DNA of 62,941 bases, the filler included, from Intoshia linei (lineage: Eukaryota; Animalia; Orthonectida), in the NCBI GenBank assembly GCA_001642005.1. It is 10 parts of 10 records of this genome, joined end to end, with 100 filler letters (N's around TTAATTAATTAA, not from the genome) between each part and the next. Parts side by side here need not be neighbours in the genome. Positions count along the whole stretch, not along the records: positions 20,087 to 32,072 come from LWCA01001126.1; positions 32,173 to 34,810 come from LWCA01002261.1; positions 34,911 to 37,762 come from LWCA01002272.1; positions 37,863 to 49,419 come from LWCA01001164.1; 6 more parts are not named here. One strand, given 5' to 3'. A program made the position numbers and the translations under genes. The notes under the pieces were generated by a model, which saw only the letters and a list, made by a program, of their open reading frames with translations, was not told the origin of the DNA and ran no database searches. Below are positions 26,851 through 40,116 of the stretch, piece after piece; positions within the stretch are counted from its first letter, which is position 1; the number at the start of each line of letters is the position of its first letter.

Positions 26851-29096
26851 TTAGTGAGTTTGCATTGACCTATTTGAAATCTATCAAGAATAATTTAAAT
26901 TAAAGTAACAAAAAACAAATACCATCAAAATTCCAACAATTAGACCAAAAAGACCGATAACACTTCCAAATATTTCAACAATCAAAATTCTAACAAATAA
27001 TGACGAATTTTGAGCATCGGCCAGAGCAGCACCAGATCCGATTGTTCCAACGCAAACACCACAAACTAAGTTACATACACCTACTGTTAATCCCGCCGAA
27101 AACATGGCATATGCTAAATAAATAATATTCAAAATATTTGTGAAACGTAATTACCGCTTCGCAAATTAACTGCCCATAGACGTGGGTTGTTTTCCGGGAA
27201 GGTCTATATTTTTTATTTTAAAAAGTAAAACCATAAAATTAACGAGTTGGAAATCTCTACTTGGGATATTCAAATTTTGAACAATGAGGTAGAACATTAT
27301 TATTATATTTTTTTAAAAGAAACTAAAATTTTCAAAAGTGGCCTCATTTAGCGGTCCGACATTCTAATTAACTTCGACAGCGTTTACTTTGTATCCTTTA
27401 CTTATATAAAATTAAATGTGTGTGTGTTACATTATATTTAAAAAATTAAAACTCAGAATTTAAAAAACTCAATTCCTGAAACAGCTTTTCGCAACGCGTG
27501 TTTATATTTATTTTTCAGTTCCCGAATTTGAACCCTTCAGGGTCAAAAACCCAATCTTCCATTTTGTTTAAAAAACAAATCAGCCCAAAATTTTAATAAA
27601 ACATACATTCTGAGACGCGTTTTAAAATCATTAACATTTTTGTTAATCTCTGACTCAGAAACGCATACATTCATGATCAAAACCATAAATTACTCTTTGT
27701 TTTAGAAATTAAGCATATCCTAAAATTTTATAAAACATAAATTCTGGGATAGTTTTTACATGCATAATCATTATCATAAATGGAAACTGAAAAAAAGATA
27801 ATTTTCACAATCAAAACTACAGATTACCATTTTTTTAAAATGAAAACAGCCCTAGAATTTAAACCAAATTACACATGATGTATGACAGTTATATCCAGTT
27901 AACACACACAAACAATTTCAATCTGACAATTCGACGCCTTCACGGTCAAAAAAGCACTTTAGTATTAATTTTTTTTATTATTTTGATTCAAAACTATTTT
28001 ATTAAAACAAAAAATATGAAATAATTAACCGTCCTACAATTAAAAAAAAATTATTCTGATAGAGTTTATTCCATTTGATATAAATACAAAATTTTAACCC
28101 CAGAAATCTACGCATTCCCGGTGAAAAATAATTTTTAATATATTATCAACTAATATTTTTCAAAGATTTAAATTAAAATTATAAATGAAAAAATAAATTA
28201 AGCATCCTACAGTTTCAAAAAAAATGTATTGAACGTTTCAGTGTATACACATTTCCAATAGAGATATGGGTGAAAATCCCATGAATTGATTCCTTCTGTT
28301 TTTTTCAATGCTAGGCAATTTTTCATTTTCACAAAGTTTAATCAAATCCCTAAATTTTTTTTCTAAATTTATGTGTAGTGTCACATAGTCCATAACCACC
28401 TCTCCAAGGCTTTTGGCTTGACATTTTAAGCTTAAAACACCAAATAGTTATGATATCTAATAATGTAATTTTTGTAATGATCAATTTAGAAAAATGATGC
28501 GCCCATTTTACCAAAATTACGCTGAGCTCCTCGAATAGCCTATCGGGTACAGTAGGTTCGTAACTACTTGGCAGAGCTTACTACTGTTTCCACCCGGTAC
28601 ATATCTGACAATATTAAATTACATGAACATTAGTTTGAATCAAAAGTGACATAATGATCCCATAAATAGCCACAGCCTCACAAATAATTATTGTAATTAA
28701 ATTTTTAGTTTTGATATGTGGTGCAGCTACTCCAGCTCCCATTATACTGGTACCAGTCATGTATATGCCTCTATAAAATAAAATATATAATTAGAAAATT
28801 TCATCAATAATTACGAAGCAGCTCCAATAGTAGACAGTCCTATTGAAAGAAAAACACCACTGCTAGTCCAAAGGTATATGGTATGCTCTGGTACAAAAAG
28901 CCTAAATAAAATATAAAAAACTGAAAAACATTTAATAGTCATACCATATATAATTATCAGCTACAGCTCCAATTATAAAGTAAATTGCTAAATATAATAT
29001 AATAAATCAAAATTATATTGAAATAATCAGTTAAAAAATAAAGTCATTTTTCATGGTAATTTAAATGGAATTTAGTGTCACTTATTCACCAAACAT
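26851..29096 (-). CDS. ATP6V0B: V-type proton ATPase 21 kDa proteolipid subunit c''
   Basis: Exons read [20 protein letters not shown]|[37 protein letters not shown] and [11 protein letters not shown]...[39 protein letters not shown]|ISNRSMQTH*. Start codon tentative. Confidence 0.93.
27394..28335 (+). mobile_element. Non-autonomous Helitron-like repeat copy inside an ATP6V0B intron
   Basis: Starts A|TCCTTTACTTATATAAAA...(TG)n. Contains CTTCACGGTCAAAAAAGCA and CCCAGAAATCTACGCATTCCC blocks shared with other copies. Confidence 0.72.
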
Positions 29097-30102
29097 AAAA
29101 TGGGCTTATGGTAATGTCATAACCAAATGAAAATGGTGATTTCGATAGAACCATTATGATTTAAAAACCCGTATATGGCTTAACAATAAAATCCTTCTGA
29201 GGTTAAACCCATTTGAAAGTTTAGTTAAACTATGTATATTTAAATTTTAGGAATTAATATATAAAGGGTAAGCGAAGAGCCGAACCTACCAAGCTCTAGG
29301 CCACCGAAAACGAAAAATAGACCCTAAAAATTTTGCAAACTAGTGGGAATGTGATATAGCCTAGTCACCTTTCCAAGGTTCTTGACTTGTCATTTTCATT
29401 TTCATACACAACATAGTTGATATTCATGAATATAATTTTTGAATGCTCAATTTCGAAAAATGAGGCCCCATTTTACAAAAATTATAAGAATAGCTAAAAT
29501 TTTTAAGCTGAGTCAAAAGTACACTATATTAATGATTAATATTAAATAAAATAACCAAATAGCACAATTATGGTCATGAATGATTTGAATATAATATTAT
29601 TTAGAAAATTCATATTGGATTTGTAAGGGTCAAAAGTGGCTTGTTCCAAATTTGTAGGAGCTTTCATTGTGGAATATTATATATTTTTAATTTATCTGGA
29701 ATTTTCAATCAATAAAAAATGATTAGCAACAATTTTAAATAAACTTGTCATTTTATGTACATTTGTTTTGAGTAAATAATTATTTGGTACATTACATCAG
29801 TCGTTTATAAACTTTTTTACCACTCACCGGTAATTATCACATTATTATCACTAGATATAAGTAATATTGCCATTTTACGTTCTCAATTTACGTTAATATT
29901 AAAATTTTCAAACACCTACACTACATTATAAATTTTATTATTTAATTTTAATATATTTATGTACTTTATTTTTATATCGGTACTGCTTGTATAATACTGT
30001 TCGCATTTTTAATTGTCTTTGTACTAATAATTGAAATATGATACTGCCTTATGATGCTGAGAAATTTATTCTACTATTTCAGTATATTGTAGAATAATAT
30101 CA

Positions 30103-30758
30103 TTGGCCTTAAAAGCGAGCAAAGTAGTAACTCTAATTTCGACAAAACATAATGCTGTTATTGTGGATAACAACAATGAAAAGAAAAAACCAAATCTGAT
30201 TAATTTTTATAACAGTACAAAAAGAGGTGTTGATACACTCGACTTTTTCTGTAACGAATACAGTGTAAAAAGGAAGACTAGACGATGGCCTTACTGTTTA
30301 TTTATGGGACTACTCAATATTGTTATAATTAATAGTTTTATTCTATATTCATCTGGAAATACATTGATTCCTCGACGTTTATATTTGCGAAAATTAGGAA
30401 TATTGTTATGCAAAGAACAAAAATTAGTGAAATTACAATCTTTTTATATTGCAAAAAAAAGTAAACGTAGATGTTACTTTTGTATTTCTCACACTCTGAA
30501 AAGATCACAAATTGTATGTAATTCCTGCAATGCGAGTATTTGTAAAGATCACGTGAATGCACTATGCCCGAATTGTTATAATGCATGTCATTTTAATTGA
30601 TTGTTCTGTATATTTTTTTATAGCCCAATAAATAATAAAAATTTACATTTTGAAAGTTTTATTGCTCTTTACAATTTTTTCATTGATTAAAAACGTCCAA
30701 AAATGGACGTCTGCGAGTGTTAACGTTATTTTTATTAGTGCGAGCACTAAAGAATTAA
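30103..30758 (+). mobile_element. piggyBac transposase 3' fragment with degenerate right end
   Basis: VTLISTKH, YNSTKRGVDTLD, YSVKRKTRRWP, C-terminal Cys-rich domain (CYFC..CNSC..ICKDH..CPNC). Ends ...GCACTAAAGAA|TTAA. Confidence 0.88.
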
Positions 30759-31221
30759 ATGAGTTCAATAAGATGATCATTGATCAATGATCATTAATGA
30801 TTAGTTATATATTATTAGGGTCTTAAATACTTTACAAATTAAGTCTTAATCTGAAAGATTAATAAACAATAACTTATTGTACTATTTCCTTATTATCTAC
30901 TTAACTATACATACACCAATGTAAGTAATAACTAAATTTATGATTATGTAGTTGCGTTTTAGTCATTAATAATTAAACCATAAATACACTACGTATTTTC
31001 ATTGTTGTAAATCATTTCTGAAAAACCCATCAATTTATTGCAATTTTGCCAATTTTATTTGTTTCACATTTTATTTTTAAGTTACAATATGAGAAAAGGT
31101 ATTTTTTTATTATAATAAAAAACATAATAAATCATTAATCTGTGGTTTTGTTATTAAATTTTACGGATGAGAAACCTTAAATATATAATGTAAATAAATA
31201 ATTACATTAATTTAACATTAA

Positions 31222-32072
31222 TTAAATATTATCAGCGTACATTAAATCGACTTTAACATCAAAAAACTATTTAATGAGTATCGAGTGGTTAATATAACTT
31301 CTCATACAGAAAGAGGATTAAAGTTTATAGAGAATCTCGACAATTTATTTGAGTGTGCTAAATCTGATACATCAAATGCAATAATTGAAGATTTACAATT
31401 TTTAAAAGTTCAAAGATTAGGAGTGGGGTGCATGGGTAGCTCTTCGTCTCAACCTCGTTTTTACAATCCAAAAATATATTTAAAAAAAAATCCAAGAAAA
31501 CAATCATATAAAGAAAGTAATTGTGTGAAGGGACAAAGCGGATGCCTACAATTAAAATGATTACAGTGGTAGCTCAACCAAACAGAAAAGGTATAACAAT
31601 AGCAAATTCAGTTATGGATGTATTGAATAATTGGGAATTAACTGGTAAAGTTGTTGGTTTAAGTTATGACACCACAGCATCAAATACTGGCAAAATTCGC
31701 GGTAGCGTGCACTACTTGATGCAGTTTTTAACACAACATCTCACGTTGCTTCCATGTCGTCATCACATATTTGAACTCATTTTAAGGGCAGTATTTGTTG
31801 AAATATTTGGTGATAGTTCTACTCCAGATATATTAGGTTATACATTCATGAAAAATGTTTCAAAGATATACATGGAAGACAAAATTTCATTCAAAAAAGT
31901 ACGTAAATTAAATCCAATTTAGACATATGGATTAAACATAGACTATGTTAATGATGTAATAAATAAAAAGAAAAAAATTTGATAGATGATTACAAATAAT
32001 GTTGTACACTAATGTTAACAATAATTTTTGGTGGTGAAATATCCCTAAAAAAACCTGGAGCATCGTCAAAGG
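31222..32072 (+). mobile_element. hATm-like DDE transposase remnant
   Basis: GLSYDTTASNTG...LLPCRHHIFELIL motif (D...NTG plus CxxH); frameshifted; truncated by the gap. Family assignment is from motif recall. Confidence 0.75.
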
Positions 32073-32974
32073 NNNNNNNNNNNNNNNNNNNNNNNNNNNN
32101 NNNNNNNNNNNNNNNNTTAATTAATTAANNNNNNNNNNNNNNNNNNNNNNNNNNNNNNNNNNNNNNNNNNNNATGAGATTGATTGTTATTTATCTATATT
32201 ATCAATCTAAGTTGAATTTGCTTGTTTTATTAAAAGCTTTTATTTAAATCTTACTAATTATACTACAGTGATATTGCGTTTTTACCTTTAAGATGTAAAT
32301 TATGATACAGTTTTCAATAGACAAAACTGACAAAGCTTTTATTTTTTTATATTCTAACAGTGTTAATTGTTTAATAATTTCGATTATAGTTGTGTGTCAC
32401 GGACCGAAACAGTATTCGACACATCCACGATGTTTAGTAGATATTGTGATTGATCAATTATTTTTTATTTTTTGTGAACCAACACTTCAAAAAAGTAAAA
32501 ACTGACACATTCATTCTATAAGTGCCTAATCTAAACAAAATAAGCGACAAAGTCGAAATCAAGTGATTAGTTCAATGGTAGCCATTTTTAAATTTTAAAT
32601 TTCGTGTTTCGGACCGTGATGTAGAACTCTAGTTTCGAGCAGACAGACGTACAAGCAGAATTTTATGTAAGTAAGGATTTCATTAAAATCACCAACCCAG
32701 TGGTCCATTGGGCAACGTTGCCAACTACGCTATCCAGAAATCTCACTCAACGGAATTTTTCTTAATGTCTAATAAAGTATATCTAAAACTAATTTTTTAT
32801 TAACTATCAGATAAATTTTTATATAACCAATATTTAATTTAAGGGTTATGGTTCAGAGGAAAAAGTTTGGAACCATAATATTGGGAACTGAGATCATAGA
32901 AGTAAAATTTTTGTCTGACTAACTAAAATAAGGAAACTAATTCAAATATCATCATATAATTACATTTATTTTAG

Positions 32975-34810
32975 GTTTGGAACTTGCCGCCGATTGCCAT
33001 CTGGGATTAATAATTCAAACGTGTAATTTGTTACAAGCTAAAAAATCGTCTGATGAAGAAATTTCTGGAATTGCGGCGTCATCATTTAGAATAAACTCAC
33101 AACAAATGAAGTCACTTTTATACATGTATGAGCCACTACCGAGAGAAGCAAAAATAACTCAACAAAATGTGAATAAATTAATAAATTGTGCACGTAGAAA
33201 TGCCGATCAGAGTATTTTATCAGAAAATCGAAAAATTCAATTATTGGAACCGAAAAGGTTACCTTTGCCTTTTATACTTCCTAACGATGGTTATTCGTCA
33301 GCATCATTGAAGGGGACACCTGGAGTTATGATGCATTTTGTCCATCCTTTTATACAAGAAGGCATTTTTAAAATTTCAGAAAATTCAAACAGCAGTGGGT
33401 ATTGGAATGTTAATCTCGTCTTAACAAAAAATGAAGATTTAACAATAATGGAAAATTCAAAACCAGTTAACCAAGAAATGATGCAAAGAGAACAAATAAA
33501 TAATGATCGTGAAATGAACCATAAGAATAATGAAAATGAAAATAAGTTTAATAACATTACTTCAAATGTACCCGAAACGAATGGGAATGGATTACATTTA
33601 AAAGATTCAAATAACTATTACATAACTATAAAAAAAGTCAACAATCGATTAGGTTTAAGTATAGTTTCTGCGAAAGGGCCGAATACACAACAGAGAGGTA
33701 TTTACATCAAATCAGTAGTTCCGGGAGAAACTGCTGCATTGGATGGTAGATTGCGTGAAGGAGATCAGTTGTTGGAGGTAGATGGAATCTCTCTGATCAA
33801 TGCTTCACAAGAAGATGCTGCTACGTTGATGAAAGAAACGTCAACATGTGTCACTCTGAAGGTTATGAAAAATGCAGCTGAAATACACGGTTTAGTTGAA
33901 TCGATTCGAAATTCGTCATTTAAACCAAATTATAACATTCCTAGATCGAATTTATCACACGAAAGAGCGGTTCGGACTATGGAAAGAACATCACCGAGAA
34001 CTACTCAACCTAAATTTGATTCGAAACCAAATTCAAATTATAAAGATTCTGAATCTGCAGACTTTAATACTTTTTCTCGTAAATCGTCTAATTCGACCAA
34101 CGTAAACGAGTCCATTTTATATTCTAGGAAAGAGGATCAAGGGAAAATTCAATCTTTGAACCGTATTCACTTTAAAGAGAGGTTTGATGATATTCCGATT
34201 CACGTAGAATCAAATTTTAACGAAAAACGTAAATTCAATGTGGATTTACCACCTAATGAAAAATCTATTCATAAAATACCATTAAAATACAAAACCAAAA
34301 CTACAGCTAACAATCATATTCCAATTTCACATTGGAAAAATCCAACAATTCAAAAAGAGTATAGAGAATATCAAGATGTAAATCATGATCACAATAATCC
34401 TAATTATGACTTAAAACCTGAAAAAGTTGTACCTCTAGAATCGCACCCTGATATAATGTATAGTAATTTCCAAAATTCAGAAATGTTTAAAGGAGATAAT
34501 GTACCTGTTGAAAAGCCTGTTCTAATAAATGATATTAAAGATTGTTATTCTGAAAATATAGACAGAAATGATGTATATTATAACGAACCAAAAGAACATG
34601 ATTTGCAAGCAGTGATAAGATCTGATACCTTTAAAATTGAAAATTATGAAAGTGAACCCAATGAAAGAAACCATGAAAATCGCTCAAATTCAACCAATCA
34701 AGTAAACGGTAGTGTTGTCAAATCTAAAAATTTGAAAATATCTTTAATCGAAAAAGAACGGATATTTAGAGATAATTATATAGATAGAGATGAAGGACCA
34801 AAAGAATTTA
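32975..34810 (+). CDS. AFDN: Afadin (AF-6/canoe), large internal exon: end of DIL domain, PDZ domain and low-complexity tail; partial
   Basis: LELAADCHL..IIQ...NSQQMKSLL, LPLPFILPNDGYS, and PDZ GLSIVSAKG...GIYIKSVVPG..AALDGRL.EGDQLLEVDG match afadin. Upstream exons and C-terminus lie beyond gaps. Confidence 0.92.
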
Positions 34811-35233
34811 NNNNNNNNNNNNNNNNNNNNNNNNNNNNNNNNNNNNNNNNNNNNTTAATTAATTAANNNNNNNNNNNNNNNNNNNNNNNNNNNNNNNNNN
34901 NNNNNNNNNNTTTAATGACTATTTCATTTTCAATTCAAATAAATTTAATGAACTTTGCATTAATCATTGTCTTCTTGTTTAGTAACTTTAATGCTAGAAA
35001 TTTTTTAGTGCCATAAAAAATTGCATTTGTAGACTCTAATAAAAATATAAAGTTGCCAAAATCATGATTTAAAGTTTAAACGCATATTTAATCCATTATT
35101 CAAGAAGTAATGGAGCTATTTTTAGGTTGCAGTATACATTATGTACTACTGAAAATATTTTTAAAAAATCCCAAAAATATACAAAATAATAGACATAAAG
35201 TTATTTTGATATTTTCAAATTAAATTTTAAATA

Positions 35234-35930
35234 ATGAAATTGTATAGAAATTATAATGTTGGCATAATGGGTCACGTTGATTCAGGCAAAACGAGGTGAT
35301 TTCATAAATTTATTTGAATTGTTGATTAAATTTAATATACTATTAGCCGTTAGACATTGCGAGCCATATTTTAAGCATCAAATGAAAATTAAATTAAGCC
35401 CTAAATTAAAGTGGCCCGAAAAGTACGTACTATCACTTTTAGTTTATTTGGAATAAATTTTTATTCGTCAACATAGATAAGTAGTTAATTAATATATAGG
35501 AATAATATTTTATTTACCAAACATTAAAAACATTTTCGCACACAATTTATATCATGTGAACAATAAAACTTCAAAAATAGCTTTAAAATGAACAAAATAC
35601 AATGCTTTTGACACGCCCATTACGCAGATCTGAGTAGTTTTATACTTATATAGGAGTAATTTGGTGTCTAATGGTTAATAACAATAACTTGAAATGTTAA
35701 TAGTTTAGCGAAACTTTTGACAACTGTACAAGGCACAGCGTGCTTTGATAAAAGTCCTCAAAGTCAAGATCGACAAATTACAATAGATTTGGGGTTTTCG
35801 TCTTTTGAATTTGAATCTGAAATTTCTTCCGAAGCATATCGAAATGTTGACAAAAGTCATTTCGCTAAATTTAGCATATCACTGGTTGATTGTCCTGGTC
35901 ACGCATCTTTAATGAAAACGATTATTTGTG
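35234..35930 (+). CDS. EEFSEC: Selenocysteine-specific elongation factor, first two exons (35234-35295, 35704-35930); partial
   Basis: NVGIMGHVDSGKT|SLAKLL...ACFDKSPQSQDRQITIDLGFSSF...LVDCPGHASLMKTIICG. The FDK.PQS, DLGFS and DCPGHASL motifs are diagnostic of eEFSec. Confidence 0.92.
35343..35678. mobile_element. Degenerate piggyBac-type MITE in EEFSEC intron 1
   Basis: TTAG-CCGTTAGACAT ... GTGTCTAATGG-TTAA imperfect TIRs. Confidence 0.6.
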
Positions 35931-36035
35931 GTAATTTAACTTTAATCAAATTGATTTTATTCAATTCAAGCGTAATGTACACACGGGGCTGAGCAGTTCA
36001 AAATTTGAATAACTATTAATATATAACAATTATAT

Positions 36036-37762
36036 TTAACCCTTACATACATTGACTATAATTAAAAATGAATTTATGGCATAGATGTTAATTCTGCTCA
36101 AATTTAGCAAAAATTAAGCACAATTTTTATGTAAAATTTGCTCATAAAATATTAGTACAAAGACATAAATATGTCATTGAATTAACAGTTAGTGCCAGCT
36201 AATATGCCAGAAAATTAAGATATTAAATATAAATTTAATTTAAAACGTATGGGTTATAGTATAACCAATATACAATACAAAATACTCAGAAATACAGCGG
36301 AAATAATTTTTATTTATTATTTTGTTTAATTCGACTATTTAAAATGTAAAAAGAACATTTAGTTGAAAAAATAAATTTAAACCAAATTGAAATTTACAAT
36401 TTTTTGGAATATTCTTTATAAATCCAGAGTTTTAATTACAAATTTAATTTATTATTACAATACAAATTTATAATTTAATTTATAAATGGATTTTAATTAG
36501 GCTGTCCAGATTGTTGATATTTGGATTGAAAAAGATTGATACTAAGAAATTTTTACCAATTCATTTCATTTGACGAATATTTTTAGGGCTGCTAGCCAAT
36601 TTTTTAAAAGATGGGCAAAGTCCGTCTTTTCTTTTTTTTATGAAAGAAGCCGAATGTAAATTTGAAATGACTATAAAATTAAATATATAAAAACAAAAAA
36701 GTAATTAAAAATATAATTTAAAATTTATGATACAGAATCTGAATCGCTCATATTGAATCGATTTGAATGATGATCCTTGAAACAGTGAGGATGAAGTGCC
36801 ATATATGAACCCTTCCTATTTAAACAGGCATTGCATTGATATCTCGTTCGAGATTTTACACAGATACCTGTTTGTACACAATAAGAACATAATCGTGATT
36901 TTTTATCAGAAATTATTGTAGGCATATGACCAATAGATTCTAATTCCACTTCCTTAATAGATTCGTTCTTTGCTTCGTTGACCAAAAAAATGTTTATAAG
37001 ACGTTTTCTGAATCCAAGCGATGTCTTAGTCTTGTCATCCCCAATGTAACAGCTATGGTATAAAACATAACAATTATGCACCATAAGGTTGATAAGATAT
37101 ATAGTCAATTTTTTAGTCCATTTAACCGTTTTTCTTTCACTAAAATAAGTTTTGACCATTTGATGATATCGATCCACACCACCCATGTAGGTATCATAAT
37201 TTTTAACAACATTAGGTTTGGACGTGATTGACTTGTTATTTCNATCCCCAATGTAACAGCTATGGTATAAAACATAACAATTATGCACCATAAGGTTGAT
37301 AAGATATATAGTCAATTTTTTAGTCCATTTGATCATATCGATCCACACCACCCATGTAGGTTTCATAATTTTTAACAACACTAGGTTTGGACGTGATTGA
37401 CTTGTTATTTCCAATAATTGATGACTTAAATTTATGAAATTGTTCATTAGACTAAATACTTTTTTATCGTACCAGGTTAAACAGTTGGTATCATTTTTTT
37501 GTTGCACAACAATCTCGTATTTATTCAAATTATTTTTCAAAGTTTTCATATTTTCTGGTCCTCCTCTATTCATTCGTATTGTGCCACTACAATATATTAG
37601 TACAGAACGTAATTGATTAAAAAGATCTAAACTAGAATAATAATTATCTAAATATAATTTGTGATTTTTTTTGTATAGTTTTTTATAAGATGATATACAA
37701 TATTATTTATTTTGTTACTGTTTACATGCAAAGATTAGGATAATACATAACCGTTAGAGGAA
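36036..37762 (-). mobile_element. piggyBac element (PGBD4-like transposase 3' half, ORF 36725-37573) downstream of EEFSEC exon 2
   Basis: YLDNYYSS near 37630-37655, YCSGTIRMNRG, WYDKK, YDTYMGGVDR, RKTVKWTKK and Cys-rich tail. TTAA|CCCTT terminus at 36036-36044. Confidence 0.88.
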
Positions 37763-37862
37763 NNNNNNNNNNNNNNNNNNNNNNNNNNNNNNNNNNNNNN
37801 NNNNNNTTAATTAATTAANNNNNNNNNNNNNNNNNNNNNNNNNNNNNNNNNNNNNNNNNNNN

Positions 37863-38397
37863 GTAATCGTTGTTGTAGTTTTAATTTAAATTTTAAACAA
37901 AATGTTTTGAAAATGATAATTTGAAATTGAAAAATTGCGTAGCAATAAAAAAAATTTCGAAGAAATGAATTATATAGATTTTCACCCATATTTCTTTATT
38001 TGGAAATGAGTAGACGCTGAATGCACATTTTTTTTTAATTGTAGGATCAATATTTACATTTTCAATTTTTATTTTAATCGAAATATTTAAAAAATATTGG
38101 TTGAAATATATTAACAATTATTTTTCACCGGAAATGCGTAGATTTCTGGGGTTGAAATTTTGTATTTATTTTAACTGCAATAAGCTCTGTCAGAATAATT
38201 TTTTTTTATTTTCGGAGCGTTAATTATTTCACATTATTTGTTTTAATAAAATATTACGAAAAAAAAATATATGAATACTAAAATGCCTTTTTGACCGTGA
38301 AGGCGTCACTTATTCAGATTGAAATTTTTTGTGTGTGTTAACATGATACATATGTTTACACAGACAAACATTTCATAGCATATTATATAAGTAAGGA
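37863..38397 (-). mobile_element. Non-autonomous Helitron-like repeat copy (internally deleted)
   Basis: 38117-38348 closely matches 196-428. The 5' end TCCTTACTTATATAATATGC is at 38397. Confidence 0.72.
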
Positions 38398-38784
38398 GGG
38401 ATTATTTATGTCTTCATTACTTGAATTGATTTTTCTTGAAAATGGTTCTTAAAGGAAGACGAGTTATCAATTATAAGTGATTGAGTTAGGAGTCGAATAT
38501 CACACCGGTCGCTAACGGTCGAATAAACTGTCATCAGAATAATAAGACTTCTATTTTACAGTTTACAGAATGTGAAAATTGAGTTTTACCATAATTATCT
38601 ATTTATATGCAAAAATTAGAAATTACGTTATAGAATACTCCGTTGACCTCTTCCTAAATATTTATCCCAAAAACCACAATATAATGTTGCCATCCTAAAA
38701 AATATATATTTTTGAAAAAGCGAAAATAATGAGCGAAAATAAAAAATATAAAATTATAAAAATAAAGTTTTAAAAGAAAAAATT

Positions 38785-40085
38785 ATGGTATTGATGTGAA
38801 TATAATTTTGACAATGTAAAATTATTTAGTACGATTCAATATTTAAAAAAGAAAATGGTATGAAACATTGCAAAACAATTCGAATAATTGATAAACTTTA
38901 ATTTAGCCCATGATTCTAGTATTTGGTCATGTGATTGGAGTGTAAATCAAGAATATCAAGACATTTTAGTATCAGGTGGATTAGACGATAAAGTCAAAAT
39001 TTGGTTATGGTAATTCATCTAAAATTAATGGTTTAACGTACCAGGAAAGATGATGAATTATTAGAAAAGTATAATTTGGATGGACATGCCCTCGGTATAG
39101 TCTCAACGCGATTCAATTCAGATGCTACAGGTAATTTTAACTTTCACAATAGAAATAAATAAATAAATGTACTTGCAATATTTAAAAATTTTATAATGTT
39201 TAAATGATAGCAATAATATCAAGTAGCCTTGATGGCCAAATCAAATTATGGGATGTTGAAACTGGAAAATTGACTAGATCCATAGAATTGGAAATTGGTA
39301 ACTCTGATAAAGTCCTTTTTAGTCCAAACGATGATAAATTCATCACTGGAAGTAGAACGGGGTTAATAAACATGTACGACATCCGATCTGGAAACAAGGA
39401 AAATTCCATTGAAACTAGAGGAAAATTTGTACAAAGCCTAGCATTTGTATGAAATTGAAATTAAAAAAATATAATTAATTTTTATTTAGAGTCCAGATGG
39501 TGCTTTTCTGGCTTGCGGTATATTTGATGGCATTATCAACATATTTGATTTTTCAAATTTTACACTTATTCACTCTTTCGAAGGGCATGCTATGCCAGTA
39601 CCAGATTTGTCATTTTCACCAGATTCGAAAAAATTAATTTCCGGTTCACATGATAAAACCATCAAAATTTACGACACGTAATAGCTTAATCGTTTGTTTG
39701 CATTTATTTTAGTCTAAACGGGACAATTATTAAAACATTGTGCGGTCATGAATCTTGGGTATATTCCGTGTTTGCTTCACCAGATAATCAACACTTTGGT
39801 TCAGTGTACAAATATACGTGAATAGTTATTTTATCATTTTGTTAATTTAGATCACCCGATAAAATGATTAAAATTTGGGACATGAATAGCATGACTTGTG
39901 TGCACACCATTCACGATCATAATTCTGCTGTAATTTGAGTTTATATTTTATTTATTTACACATTATTATTTTATTTATGTATGCTAAATTTTTAGGTTTG
40001 GAGTGGGAAATACAGCAAAGACGCTACCAAAATTGTGACTGTCAGCGATTCCAACACTATTTTAATACATCGTGTAATGAATTAA
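38785..40085 (+). CDS. WDR61: WD repeat-containing protein 61 (Ski8), about 9 exons
   Basis: M|YDSIFKKEN|AHDSSIWSCDW...VSGGLDDKVKIW...LDGHALGIVS...SSSLDGQIKLWD...RGKFVQSLAF|SPDG...FEGHAMPV...GHESWV...HDHNSA|VW. All introns GT-AG. Confidence 0.9.
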
Positions 40086-40116
40086 TGAATTTACGAGTAA
40101 ACCATTTGTAATTAAT

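Noticed and set aside
36501-36560. AVQIVDIWIEKIDTKK as EEFSEC exon 3 (resembles GAQIIDLMMLVIDVTK)
   Set aside because: Splice phase is incompatible with the exon 2 donor, the frame closes soon after, and it lies within the piggyBac 3' region. Treated as chance unless RNA-seq shows otherwise.
37037-37411. Tandem duplication inside the piggyBac transposase
   Set aside because: The junction contains a lone N (37243) and the two units are near-identical apart from a deletion of about 38 bp. Most likely two overlapping contigs or copies joined in assembly.
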